Shown here one piece after another: positions 18,377-26,514 of a stretch of 39,732 nucleotides of DNA. The stretch is from a virus (taxonomy: Duplodnaviria; Heunggongvirae; Uroviricota; Caudoviricetes). Below the pieces are notes generated by a model. It worked only from the letters and a program-made list of their open reading frames with translations, was not told the origin of the DNA and ran no database searches. The translations under genes were made by a program, and so were the position numbers. The stretch covers positions 1 through 39,732 of IMG/VR virus record IMGVR_UViG_3300028955_000061; one strand, given 5' to 3'. Position 1 is the first letter of the stretch. Each line of letters starts with the position of its first letter.

Positions 18377-18399
18377 CCGCCGTACTAGGCGGTTTTTTT
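18377..18399 (+). terminator. Rho-independent terminator after the cargo cassette (ccgcc-gtacta-ggcgg followed by TTTTTTT)
   Basis: Stem-loop plus a 7-T run about 95 nt downstream of the membrane-protein gene. Confidence 0.65.
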
Positions 18400-18593
18400 A
18401 TTCAGAATTTTGTTTCTTTATGGCTCGCTACGGCGGGCCTTTTTCATATCCGCGCCACGTCCGGCGTACATCGCATCAGATAACACCACACAAAAGGCAT
18501 CTGCGGGTGTCTTTGACGGGGTGTTTTTTACGGGCCGCTGGTGGCCATTTTTTGTTTCCATTACACAGCGCCCGCATCTGCGAGGTGGGGGTT

Positions 18594-18809
18594 ATGAAAT
18601 CCATGGATAAGTTAACAACAGGTGTCGCCTATGGCACCTCCGCAGGCAGTGCTGGCTACTGGTTTTTACAGTTGCTCGATAGAGTCACGCCCTCACAGTG
18701 GGCAGCAATAGGTGTGCTGGGTAGTCTGGTGTTTGGCCTGTTGACGTATCTGACAAATCTTTATTTCAAGATTAAAGAAGATAAGCGTAAGGCTGCACGG
18801 GGAGAGTAA
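18594..18809 (+). CDS. S: Pinholin, phage 21 S21-like, with dual-start motif MKSM (antiholin 71 aa, holin 68 aa from 18603)
   Basis: Translation [71 protein letters not shown] closely matches recalled S21; the track ORF has a spurious N-terminal extension. Confidence 0.85.
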   Translation: MKSMDKLTTGVAYGTSAGSAGYWFLQLLDRVTPSQWAAIGVLGSLVFGLLTYLTNLYFKIKEDKRKAARGE

Positions 18810-18813
18810 TTCA

Positions 18814-19158
18814 ATGACTCAAAACTATGAACTGATTGTGAAAGGGATCCGCAATTTTGAGAATAAAGTTACGGTAACTTTAGCGTTACGGGACAAAAAA
18901 CGCTTTGACGGTGAAATTTTAGACCTGGACATCTCGCTGGACCGTGTTGAAGGTGCCGCGCTGGAGTTTTATGAGGCAGCAGCCAGAAGAAGCATCAGAC
19001 AGGTCTTCCTGGATGTTGCTGCCGGGTTATGTGAAGGGGATGAGCAGTCACCGGAAAAGCGCCCCATAATTTTAGAGGCGCAGGGTGTGTGGATAACCTA
19101 CAAAGGAAAACTGCCGGGAAGAATTACTGGTTCACTGAAGACTCCGCCGAAATGGTAA
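18814..19158 (+). CDS. Hypothetical protein, 114 aa, inserted between holin and endolysin
   Basis: GGAGAG ribosome-binding site before the ATG; family unknown. Confidence 0.55.
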   Translation: MTQNYELIVKGIRNFENKVTVTLALRDKKRFDGEILDLDISLDRVEGAALEFYEAAARRSIRQVFLDVAAGLCEGDEQSPEKRPIILEAQGVWITYKGKLPGRITGSLKTPPKW

Positions 19159-19396
19159 TTTCACCAGCATATTTTTCTTCCAGTAATACCGCCAGCCACT
19201 TGAAAGAATTTTGTTGTTGCTGGGACCATTTGGGGTTGAGTGATTCAAGCTGGAGCGATGCCAGTGTTGGTTGCATTTGTTCCTTGGGAATTGAGAATGC
19301 CAGATATGAAAATGCGACAGTAAGGGCATTTACATCATCCCGAAGCCTGGAAATGCAGTCGAGCAACTCCTGTAGAGAAATGGTGCTATTGTCCAT
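19124..19396 (-). CDS. Hypothetical protein, 90 aa, antisense to the late operon and convergent with 18814-19158 (3' ends overlap by about 35 nt)
   Basis: Protein-like helical translation with a GAGGA ribosome-binding site; the overlapping plus-strand ORF 19089-19421 has an implausible composition (CCCW, Ser-rich). Confidence 0.4.
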   Translation of the reverse strand: MDNSTISLQELLDCISRLRDDVNALTVAFSYLAFSIPKEQMQPTLASLQLESLNPKWSQQQQNSFKWLAVLLEEKYAGEITISAESSVNQ

Positions 19397-19501
19397 AAAT
19401 AATCCTCTCTATTGTATTTAACTATTCCTTGCCTGATTCAACAGGCCGGGACAGATAAACATATCCAGGGTTCAGAAACCGATAAATCCTGATAAATATC
19501 C

Positions 19502-20035
19502 ATGAACGCAAAAATCAGATACGGCCTGTCGGCTGCCGTTCTGGCACTGATTGCCGTCGGTGCGCCTGCGCCTGATATTCTCGACCAGTTTCTGGATGAA
19601 AAAGAAGGTAACCACACAACGGCATACCGCGATGGTTCCGGTATATGGACCATCTGTCGTGGTGCCACAATGGTGGATGGTAAGCCCGTCATACCGGGAA
19701 TGAGGCTGTCGAAGGAAAAATGCGACCAGGTTAACGCTATTGAACGTGATAAGGCGCTGGCATGGGTGGAGCGCAATATTAAAGTACCACTGACCGAACC
19801 ACAGAAAGCGGGTATAGCGTCATTTTGTCCCTATAACATTGGCCCCGGTAAGTGTTTCCCGTCGACGTTTTATAAGCGGCTGAATGCCGGTGATCGTAAG
19901 GGTGCATGCGAGGCGATTCGCTGGTGGATAAAAGATGGTGGGCGCGATTGCCGCATACGTTCAAATAACTGCTATGGACAGGTTATTCGTCGTGACCAGG
20001 AAAGCGCATTAGCCTGTTGGGGGATAGATCAGTGA
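19502..20035 (+). CDS. R: SAR endolysin (T4-lysozyme-like glycoside hydrolase with N-terminal signal-anchor-release domain), 177 aa
   Basis: N-terminal hydrophobic Ala/Gly-rich segment [18 protein letters not shown]; catalytic-region motif [17 protein letters not shown] resembling P21 R21. Confidence 0.85.
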   Translation: MNAKIRYGLSAAVLALIAVGAPAPDILDQFLDEKEGNHTTAYRDGSGIWTICRGATMVDGKPVIPGMRLSKEKCDQVNAIERDKALAWVERNIKVPLTEPQKAGIASFCPYNIGPGKCFPSTFYKRLNAGDRKGACEAIRWWIKDGGRDCRIRSNNCYGQVIRRDQESALACWGIDQ

Positions 20036-20496
20036 GCAGAGTCGCCGCGATTATTTATGCTCTGGTTATCTGCATCATCGTCTGCCTGTCATGGGCTGTT
20101 AATCATTACCGTGATAACGCCACCGCCTACAAAGAGCAGCGCGACAAAAATGCCAGAGAACTGAAGCTGGCGAACGCGGCAATTACTGACATGCAGATGC
20201 GTCAGCGTGATGTTGCTGCGCTCGATGCAAAATACACGAAGGAGTTAGCTGATGCGAAAGCTGAAAATGATGTTCTGCGTGATGATGTTGCCGCTGGTCG
20301 TCGTCGGTTGCACATCAAAGCAGTCTGTCANNNNNNNNNNNNNNCCACCACCGCCTCCGGCGTGGATAATGCAGCCTCCCCCCGACTGGCAGACACCGCT
20401 GAACGGGATTATTTCACCCTCCGGGAACGACTGGTAATGATGCAGGCCCAACTTGAAGGTGCTCAGCAATACATAACCGAGCAGTGTTTAAAGTAA
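20032..20496 (+). CDS. Rz: Rz i-spanin (lambda Rz-like), GTG start; contains a 14-nt N run
   Basis: Translation [29 protein letters not shown]... nearly identical to recalled lambda Rz; GTGA overlap with the endolysin stop. Confidence 0.85.
   Translation: MSRVAAIIYALVICIIVCLSWAVNHYRDNATAYKEQRDKNARELKLANAAITDMQMRQRDVAALDAKYTKELADAKAENDVLRDDVAAGRRRLHIKAVCXXXXXXTTASGVDNAASPRLADTAERDYFTLRERLVMMQAQLEGAQQYITEQCLK
20252..20437 (+). CDS. Rz1: Rz1 o-spanin lipoprotein embedded in the +1 frame of Rz
   Basis: Lipobox LVVVGC and proline-rich [26 protein letters not shown], as in lambda Rz1. Confidence 0.8.
   Translation: MRKLKMMFCVMMLPLVVVGCTSKQSVXXXXXPPPPPAWIMQPPPDWQTPLNGIISPSGNDW
20331..20344. other. 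Run of 14 ambiguous bases (N) inside Rz/Rz1
   Basis: Literal n characters; length equals the corresponding lambda segment, so the reading frame is preserved. Confidence 0.95.
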
Positions 20497-20633
20497 AATC
20501 TTAACTACAATATGATTCATTTTGATGATTGTTTCATAAGGAACAGTGAAGTAAGATCTAAGAGGAGTTAAATTTTATACAGTATAATCATAATATTGCA
20601 GCAAGGTGGTTATAATTGAAAGAATATTTAGAT

Positions 20634-22091
20634 ATGAATACATCTCATGTAAGAGTTGTTACTCATATGTGTGGGTTCCTGGTTTGGCTCTATAGTCTTT
20701 CAATGTTGCCACCAATGGTTGTAGCATTGTTTTATAAAGAAAAAAGCCTGTTCGTTTTCTTTATAACTTTCGTTATATTTTTTTGCATTGGTGGCGGAGC
20801 GTGGTATACAACTAAGAAATCTGGCATTCAATTACGTACCCGTGATGGGTTTATTATAATTGTAATGTTTTGGATTTTGTTTTCTGTTATTAGTGCATTC
20901 CCTTTATGGATTGACTCAGAACTTAATTTAACGTTCATTGATGCTCTGTTTGAAGGGGTTTCTGGAATAACAACAACAGGAGCAACTGTAATTGATGATG
21001 TTAGTTCATTACCTCGGGCATATTTGTACTATCGGTCACAGTTAAATTTTATAGGTGGTTTAGGAGTTATTGTTCTGGCGGTTGCTGTATTGCCATTATT
21101 GGGTATTGGTGGTGCAAAGCTTTATCAGTCAGAAATGCCGGGGCCATTTAAGGATGACAAACTCACTCCCCGCCTGGCCGATACGTCACGGACACTGTGG
21201 ATAACTTATTCTTTATTAGGTATTGCTTGTATTGTCTGTTATAGACTTGCAGGAATGCCTTTGTTTGATGCTATTTGTCACGGGATTTCCACAGTTTCGC
21301 TTGGTGGTTTCTCAACTCATAGCGAGAGTATCGGATATTTTAATAACTATTTGGTTGAGCTGGTGGCTGGTTCTTTTTCCCTGCTATCGGCTTTCAACTT
21401 CACTCTTTGGTATATTGTTATTAGCAGGAAAACGATAAAACCTTTAATCAGAGATATTGAACTTCGTTTCTTTCTGTTAATAGCCTTAGGGGTGATCATT
21501 GTTACCTCTTTCCAGGTCTGGCATATAGGTATGTATGACTTGCATGGAAGTTTTATTCATTCGTTTTTTCTTGCCAGCTCCATGCTCACTGATAATGGTT
21601 TAGCTACGCAGGATTATGCAAGTTGGCCCACGCACACGATAGTGTTTTTGCTGTTGTCAAGTTTCTTTGGGGGATGTATAGGTTCAACTTGTGGTGGAAT
21701 TAAGTCACTTCGATTTCTTATACTTTTCAAACAAAGCAAACACGAGATAAATCAGCTTTCTCATCCCAGAGCGTTGTTGAGTGTAAATGTAGGAGGGAAG
21801 ATAGTTACAGATCGTGTAATGAGGTCTGTATGGAGTTTCTTTTTTCTTTATACTCTCTTCACGGTGTTTTTTATACTGGTGTTAAATGGTATGGGATATG
21901 ATTTTCTTACATCATTTGCAACAGTGGCTGCATGTATTAATAATATGGGATTAGGTTTTGGGGCTACTGCATCGTCATTCGGAGTGCTTAATGACATTGC
22001 AAAATGTTTAATGTGCATAGCTATGATTCTTGGTCGCCTTGAAATTTATCCTGTTATTATATTGTTTTCAGGTTTTTTTTGGCGCTCCTAA
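20634..22091 (+). CDS. trkG: TrkG potassium uptake protein (low-GC moron), 485 aa
   Basis: Translation from MNTSHVRVVTHMCGFLVWLYSLSMLPPMVV matches recalled TrkG; multi-pass membrane protein; AT-rich codon usage. Confidence 0.9.
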   Translation: MNTSHVRVVTHMCGFLVWLYSLSMLPPMVVALFYKEKSLFVFFITFVIFFCIGGGAWYTTKKSGIQLRTRDGFIIIVMFWILFSVISAFPLWIDSELNLTFIDALFEGVSGITTTGATVIDDVSSLPRAYLYYRSQLNFIGGLGVIVLAVAVLPLLGIGGAKLYQSEMPGPFKDDKLTPRLADTSRTLWITYSLLGIACIVCYRLAGMPLFDAICHGISTVSLGGFSTHSESIGYFNNYLVELVAGSFSLLSAFNFTLWYIVISRKTIKPLIRDIELRFFLLIALGVIIVTSFQVWHIGMYDLHGSFIHSFFLASSMLTDNGLATQDYASWPTHTIVFLLLSSFFGGCIGSTCGGIKSLRFLILFKQSKHEINQLSHPRALLSVNVGGKIVTDRVMRSVWSFFFLYTLFTVFFILVLNGMGYDFLTSFATVAACINNMGLGFGATASSFGVLNDIAKCLMCIAMILGRLEIYPVIILFSGFFWRS

Positions 22092-22228
22092 TATATGGCT
22101 GATTTATAATTGTGAGTTTAATATTATGTTGACTCACTCATTGATCCAATACCTAACTTTACCAGCAACCCCTCCGTCCCCAGTAGCACTGGCTGCTGGG
22201 GTGCGTTTTATTCATAAAGCAAGGCTGT

Positions 22229-23020
22229 ATGAGCGAGAAATTAAAGATAGTCTATCGCCCATTACAAGAATTGTCACCGTATGCGCACAACGCCAGGACG
22301 CACAGCCCTGAGCAGGTGGCACAACTGGTAGAAAGTATTAAGCAATTCGGCTGGACTAATCCGGTGCTGATTGACGAAAAGGGCGAAATTATTGCGGGTC
22401 ACGGTCGTGTTATGGCGGCTGAAATGCTCAAAATGGATTCTGTTCCGGTCATTGTTCTGTCTGGCCTGACGGATGAGCAGAAAAAGGCGTACCGCCTGGC
22501 AGATAATCGCCTGCCGATGAATGCTGGCTGGGATGAAGATCTGTTGCGGATGGAGCTGTCGGACCTAATCAATGCTGATTTTGATGTCTCCCTGACAGGC
22601 TTCATCCCGACAGAAATTGATGAACTGTTGACGGATGTTTTGCCCGGTACAGGAAATGAGGAGGAGCCGTATACGACGAAAATTGATACGCCTGTTTATG
22701 AGCCGTCGGGCGGTAAACCGGATATCAGTGAACTGTACGACGATACGAAAACTCAGGAGCTGATCAGCCGGATACGTTCGGCGTCCCTTGAGCCTGATAT
22801 TGAGAAATTCCTCCTGTGTGCGGCAGAACGTCACACGGTGTTTAATTTCAGCAGAATTGCGGACTATTACGCTCACGCCCCCTCTGAAATTCAGTGTTTT
22901 TTCGAGGAGTCGGCGCTGGTGATCATTGATTATCAGCAGGCTATTGAAAATGGATTTGTCCGGATGACGCAGCGCATGGTGGAGATCATGCATGGTGGTG
23001 AGGAGGAGGAATATGCGTGA
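22229..23020 (+). CDS. ynaK: ParB-like nuclease-domain protein (full-length YnaK), 263 aa
   Basis: N-terminal ParB/Srx-like motif NPVLIDEKGEIIAGHGR; N-terminus matches recalled K-12 YnaK. Confidence 0.8.
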   Translation: MSEKLKIVYRPLQELSPYAHNARTHSPEQVAQLVESIKQFGWTNPVLIDEKGEIIAGHGRVMAAEMLKMDSVPVIVLSGLTDEQKKAYRLADNRLPMNAGWDEDLLRMELSDLINADFDVSLTGFIPTEIDELLTDVLPGTGNEEEPYTTKIDTPVYEPSGGKPDISELYDDTKTQELISRIRSASLEPDIEKFLLCAAERHTVFNFSRIADYYAHAPSEIQCFFEESALVIIDYQQAIENGFVRMTQRMVEIMHGGEEEEYA

Positions 23021-23945
23021 TGATTTTTGCGCCTTTATTCTGACTCACGGGCGACCGGACAAAGTTCTGACTTACCGGACGTTGCGTCGTGCTGGCTATA
23101 CCGGGAAAATTTTTATCGTTGTTGATGATGAAGATAAGACACGGAATCAGTACATGGCTGAATTTGGTGAACAGGTGCTGGTGTTTTCCAAAGCCGATAT
23201 CGCCAGTCGTTTTGACGAAGCCGATAATTTCTGTGACCGCCGCTCAATTTTTTACGCCCGTAATGCCTGTTTCGACCTGGCAAAACTGGTCGGGTGTAAA
23301 TACTTCATTCAGCTCGATGATGATTATCACGAGTTCCAGTTTCGGGTGGATCGCAACTATGACCAGGCCTATTTTCCGATAAGGAAACTGGATGCGATCC
23401 TTTCTGAAATGCTGGCGTACTACGAATCAATACCTGCTCTTTCCATCGCTATGTCGCAGGGCGGGGATTTTCTTGGTGACAATGGCGGCCATGCTTCGTG
23501 GGTGAAACGCAAGGCAATGAACAGCTTTATCTGTTCGGTTGATCGACCGTTCTCATTCATGGGGCGCATTAACGAGGATGTGAATACGTACACGAATCTC
23601 GGTCGCTGTGGTGAATTGTTTATGACGATCGGTGCTGTCCAGTTAGGGCAGAAACAGACGCAGAAAAACAGCGGCGGAATGACCGAGCTGTATCTGGATT
23701 CCGGAACCTACGTTAAAAGTTTTTACTCCGTCATGTATGCGCCGTCGTGCGTAAAAATCTCACTGATGGGTGCCAGCCATAAACGCATTCACCATCAGGT
23801 CACCTGGAACAACGCTGCAGTAAAAATCCTTCACGAAAAATACAGGAAGAAGACACCCTGCATATCAATGGGGGTGACAAATGATTCCGTATTCGAAAGT
23901 CGAGTCTCTGGCAGCGTGCCGGATGACTGCACAACAAATCGCTGA
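23013..23945 (+). CDS. YdaY-like protein, 310 aa, possible nucleotide-sugar transferase-like fold (DxD-like motifs IFIVVDDED and QLDDDY)
   Basis: GAGGAGGAGGA ribosome-binding site before ATG at 23013; fold assignment is speculative. Confidence 0.55.
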   Translation: MRDDFCAFILTHGRPDKVLTYRTLRRAGYTGKIFIVVDDEDKTRNQYMAEFGEQVLVFSKADIASRFDEADNFCDRRSIFYARNACFDLAKLVGCKYFIQLDDDYHEFQFRVDRNYDQAYFPIRKLDAILSEMLAYYESIPALSIAMSQGGDFLGDNGGHASWVKRKAMNSFICSVDRPFSFMGRINEDVNTYTNLGRCGELFMTIGAVQLGQKQTQKNSGGMTELYLDSGTYVKSFYSVMYAPSCVKISLMGASHKRIHHQVTWNNAAVKILHEKYRKKTPCISMGVTNDSVFESRVSGSVPDDCTTNR

Positions 23946-24132
23946 CGTTCTGGATGTTGATCTGAACCGACTGAAAGAAAATCGGGAAGCAATGACAGAT
24001 TTTTATGCGGCCATCCGTAAGGGCAGAGCGAAAGGTGAAGCCGAGTTACGAGCGGCATTGTTTAAGCTTGCCAGAAAAGGGGATGCCTTTGCTCTGCGCG
24101 AACTACTCAGGGTGGATAAAAATCAGGACTAA
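23881..24132 (+). CDS. Small HTH-like protein, 83 aa, just upstream of the terminase small subunit
   Basis: ORF with an HTH-like segment AQQIADVLDVDLNRL; overlaps the 3' end of the previous gene. Confidence 0.4.
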   Translation: MIPYSKVESLAACRMTAQQIADVLDVDLNRLKENREAMTDFYAAIRKGRAKGEAELRAALFKLARKGDAFALRELLRVDKNQD

Positions 24133-24135
24133 CTG

Positions 24136-25230
24136 ATGAGCAGACCGGACTGGGGGGCGTTGCAGCAGGAGTATATTGCTGAATACACCCGCTCCGGTAT
24201 ATCTCCGGTGGCATGGTGTGAAGCAAGGGGACTGAATTACGCAACAGCCCGTCGTTACATCAAAAAAACTCCGAAAAATGCGCAGACAGAAATGTGCAAA
24301 ACTGCGCAAAAAAGTGCGCAGAAAAAATCTGCGCAGACTGCACAAAAGCGGAACGAAAAATCTCAGGAAAAAAAGCCAGTATTCGATGCGGGCCTGAATG
24401 AGGGCGACGCGGAGGAATTTTCGTTCTGTCCCGATGAATTCGGCATTTCTGACCAGCAGGCTAAGTTTGCGATGCTTGTTGCTCAGGGTAAAAAGCCGAC
24501 AGAGGCGTACCGACTAGCCGGTTATGAGGGGCAAGGTGCGACAGCTAACAGCAACGCCAGTCGTATGCTTAGAAATGCCAGGGTTTTTCGCGCTATCAGC
24601 TACTTCCGCAATCAGTACCAGAAACGCTATACCGCAGACCTGGATTTACTAGTGAGTCAGTTGATGGCTATTGTCCTGGCCGACCCCAATCAGCTTGCAC
24701 AATTTCGCCGTGTTAACTGCCGTTATTGCTGGGGCGAGAATCATCTCTACCAGTGGCGCGATATAGCAGAATTCGACAAGGCAGCGGCGCAGGCTTCCAG
24801 AGATGGCAAACCCGAACCGGAATATGGAGGCCTCGGCTTTGTTGATAACGCCATACCCAATCCGGACTGCCCGAAGTGCTGCGGTGAGGGAACGGGACAG
24901 CTTTATATGGCTGATACCACTCTGCTTGATGGGGATGCGCGGCAATTATATGCAGGGGCAAAATTCGGAAAATTCGGCGTTGAGATCCTGCTGGAGGATA
25001 AGGCTGCCGCCCGGCGTGAATTGTTGCGTTTGTTTTCTGCTGGCGGGGCTTTATGTGCAGATAAACGGCTACAGGAACTGGAAATTGAACGGCGCAGAAT
25101 GGAAAACCAGAAGCTGCGCAAAGAGATCGAAACGGTGGAAGATAATGAACATCCCCAGCCTGTGGCGATCAATATTAATGTGGTTGATGCCAGAGTAAGG
25201 AGTGATGAAGATGATCTCTCCGACGCTTAA
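24136..25230 (+). CDS. Terminase small subunit-like protein, 364 aa (N-terminal HTH plus Terminase_2-like segment)
   Basis: Motif AEAYRLAGYEGQGATANSNASRMLRNARV typical of small terminases; directly upstream of the large terminase. Confidence 0.6.
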   Translation: MSRPDWGALQQEYIAEYTRSGISPVAWCEARGLNYATARRYIKKTPKNAQTEMCKTAQKSAQKKSAQTAQKRNEKSQEKKPVFDAGLNEGDAEEFSFCPDEFGISDQQAKFAMLVAQGKKPTEAYRLAGYEGQGATANSNASRMLRNARVFRAISYFRNQYQKRYTADLDLLVSQLMAIVLADPNQLAQFRRVNCRYCWGENHLYQWRDIAEFDKAAAQASRDGKPEPEYGGLGFVDNAIPNPDCPKCCGEGTGQLYMADTTLLDGDARQLYAGAKFGKFGVEILLEDKAAARRELLRLFSAGGALCADKRLQELEIERRRMENQKLRKEIETVEDNEHPQPVAININVVDARVRSDEDDLSDA

Positions 25231-26512
25231 TGTGCCTCAGGCGCGATTTCTTTCAATGCCCCATAAATTTAAAGCCTATATTGCTGGTTTTGGCTCGGGC
25301 AAAACATGGGTTGGGTGTGGCGGCATATGCAAGGGGATTTGGGAGCATCCAGGTATAAATCAGGGATATTTTGCGCCAACGTATCCCCAAATTCGCGATA
25401 TTTTTTACCCTACAGTGGAAGAAGTTGCTGGTGACTGGGGATTGAACGTAAAAATTAATGAGGGAAATAAAGAGGTTCACTTTTATTACGGACGCCAGTA
25501 TCGGGGAACCACTATCTGCAGATCGATGGAGAAGCCACAAACGATCGTCGGTTTCAAAATTGGTAATGCGTTGGTGGATGAACTGGACATTTTGCCGAAG
25601 GAAAAAGCCAGAACGGCGTGGCGCAAGATAATTGCACGTATGCGTTATAAGATTGATGGACTTCGCAACGGTATTGACGTTACAACCACGCCGGAAGGAT
25701 TCAAATTTGTCTACGAGCAGTTTGTTAAAGCCGTGCGTGAAAAAACAGAGTTGGCCTCACTGTATGGTCTGGTGCAGGCATCTACTTTCGATAATGAAAA
25801 GAACCTGCCAGCAGATTACATTCCTTCGCTTCTTGAATCATACCCTCCAGAGCTGATTAAAGCCTATCTTCGAGGACAGTTTACTAACCTGACAAGTGGT
25901 ACTGTTTACCATCAGTTTGACCGGAAACTGAATAATTGCGAAGAAGTGGAGCAGCCAGGGGAGCCGATTTATATTGGGATGGATTTTAACGTTGGAAAGA
26001 TGGCGGGAATCGTCCATGTGCTGCGTTTGGGGCTTCCATGTGCGGTAACTGAAATCATCAATGCCTACGATACGCCGGATATGATCCGCATCATTAAAGA
26101 ACGCTTCTGGCTGTATGATGGGAATGATTACCGGAAAGTGAGGGAAATTTATATTTATCCAGATGCTTCCGGGGATTCCAGAAAATCAAGTAACGCAAGT
26201 ACGACGGATATAGCCCAGCTTAAGCAGGCTGGTTTTAACGTTGTGGTGAACAGCTCGAACCCGCCAGTAAAAGATCGCGTTAACTCAATGAATGCAATGT
26301 TCTGCAATGCCAATGGTGAGCGTCGCTATAAAGTTAATGTGAAGCGTTGCCCGTTATATGCCGAATCTCTGGAGCAACAGGTCTGGGATGAGAAGGGGGA
26401 GCCTGATAAAAAATCTGGCAATGATCACCCGAATGATGCCGGAGGTTATTTCATCGTTAAGCAATTCCCTATTGTCAAACCGACCGGAAGAGTCACATCA
26501 CTTCGGATTTAA
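25205..26512 (+). CDS. Terminase large subunit, about 435 aa
   Basis: Walker A GFGSGKT; TAAGGAG ribosome-binding site before ATG at 25205; position before the portal gene. Confidence 0.85.
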   Translation: MKMISPTLNVPQARFLSMPHKFKAYIAGFGSGKTWVGCGGICKGIWEHPGINQGYFAPTYPQIRDIFYPTVEEVAGDWGLNVKINEGNKEVHFYYGRQYRGTTICRSMEKPQTIVGFKIGNALVDELDILPKEKARTAWRKIIARMRYKIDGLRNGIDVTTTPEGFKFVYEQFVKAVREKTELASLYGLVQASTFDNEKNLPADYIPSLLESYPPELIKAYLRGQFTNLTSGTVYHQFDRKLNNCEEVEQPGEPIYIGMDFNVGKMAGIVHVLRLGLPCAVTEIINAYDTPDMIRIIKERFWLYDGNDYRKVREIYIYPDASGDSRKSSNASTTDIAQLKQAGFNVVVNSSNPPVKDRVNSMNAMFCNANGERRYKVNVKRCPLYAESLEQQVWDEKGEPDKKSGNDHPNDAGGYFIVKQFPIVKPTGRVTSLRI

Positions 26513-26514
26513 TT

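Noticed and set aside
18420-18593. N-terminal extension of the holin ORF (129-aa track ORF)
   Set aside because: The true pinholin starts at the MKSM dual-start motif at 18594/18603 with a ribosome-binding site; the upstream part is GC-rich leader with hairpins, not coding
19089-19421. Plus-strand 110-aa ORF overlapping the minus 90-aa gene
   Set aside because: Translation contains CCCW and Ser-rich low-complexity stretches and lacks a ribosome-binding site; the minus-strand frame looks more protein-like, though this still needs expression data
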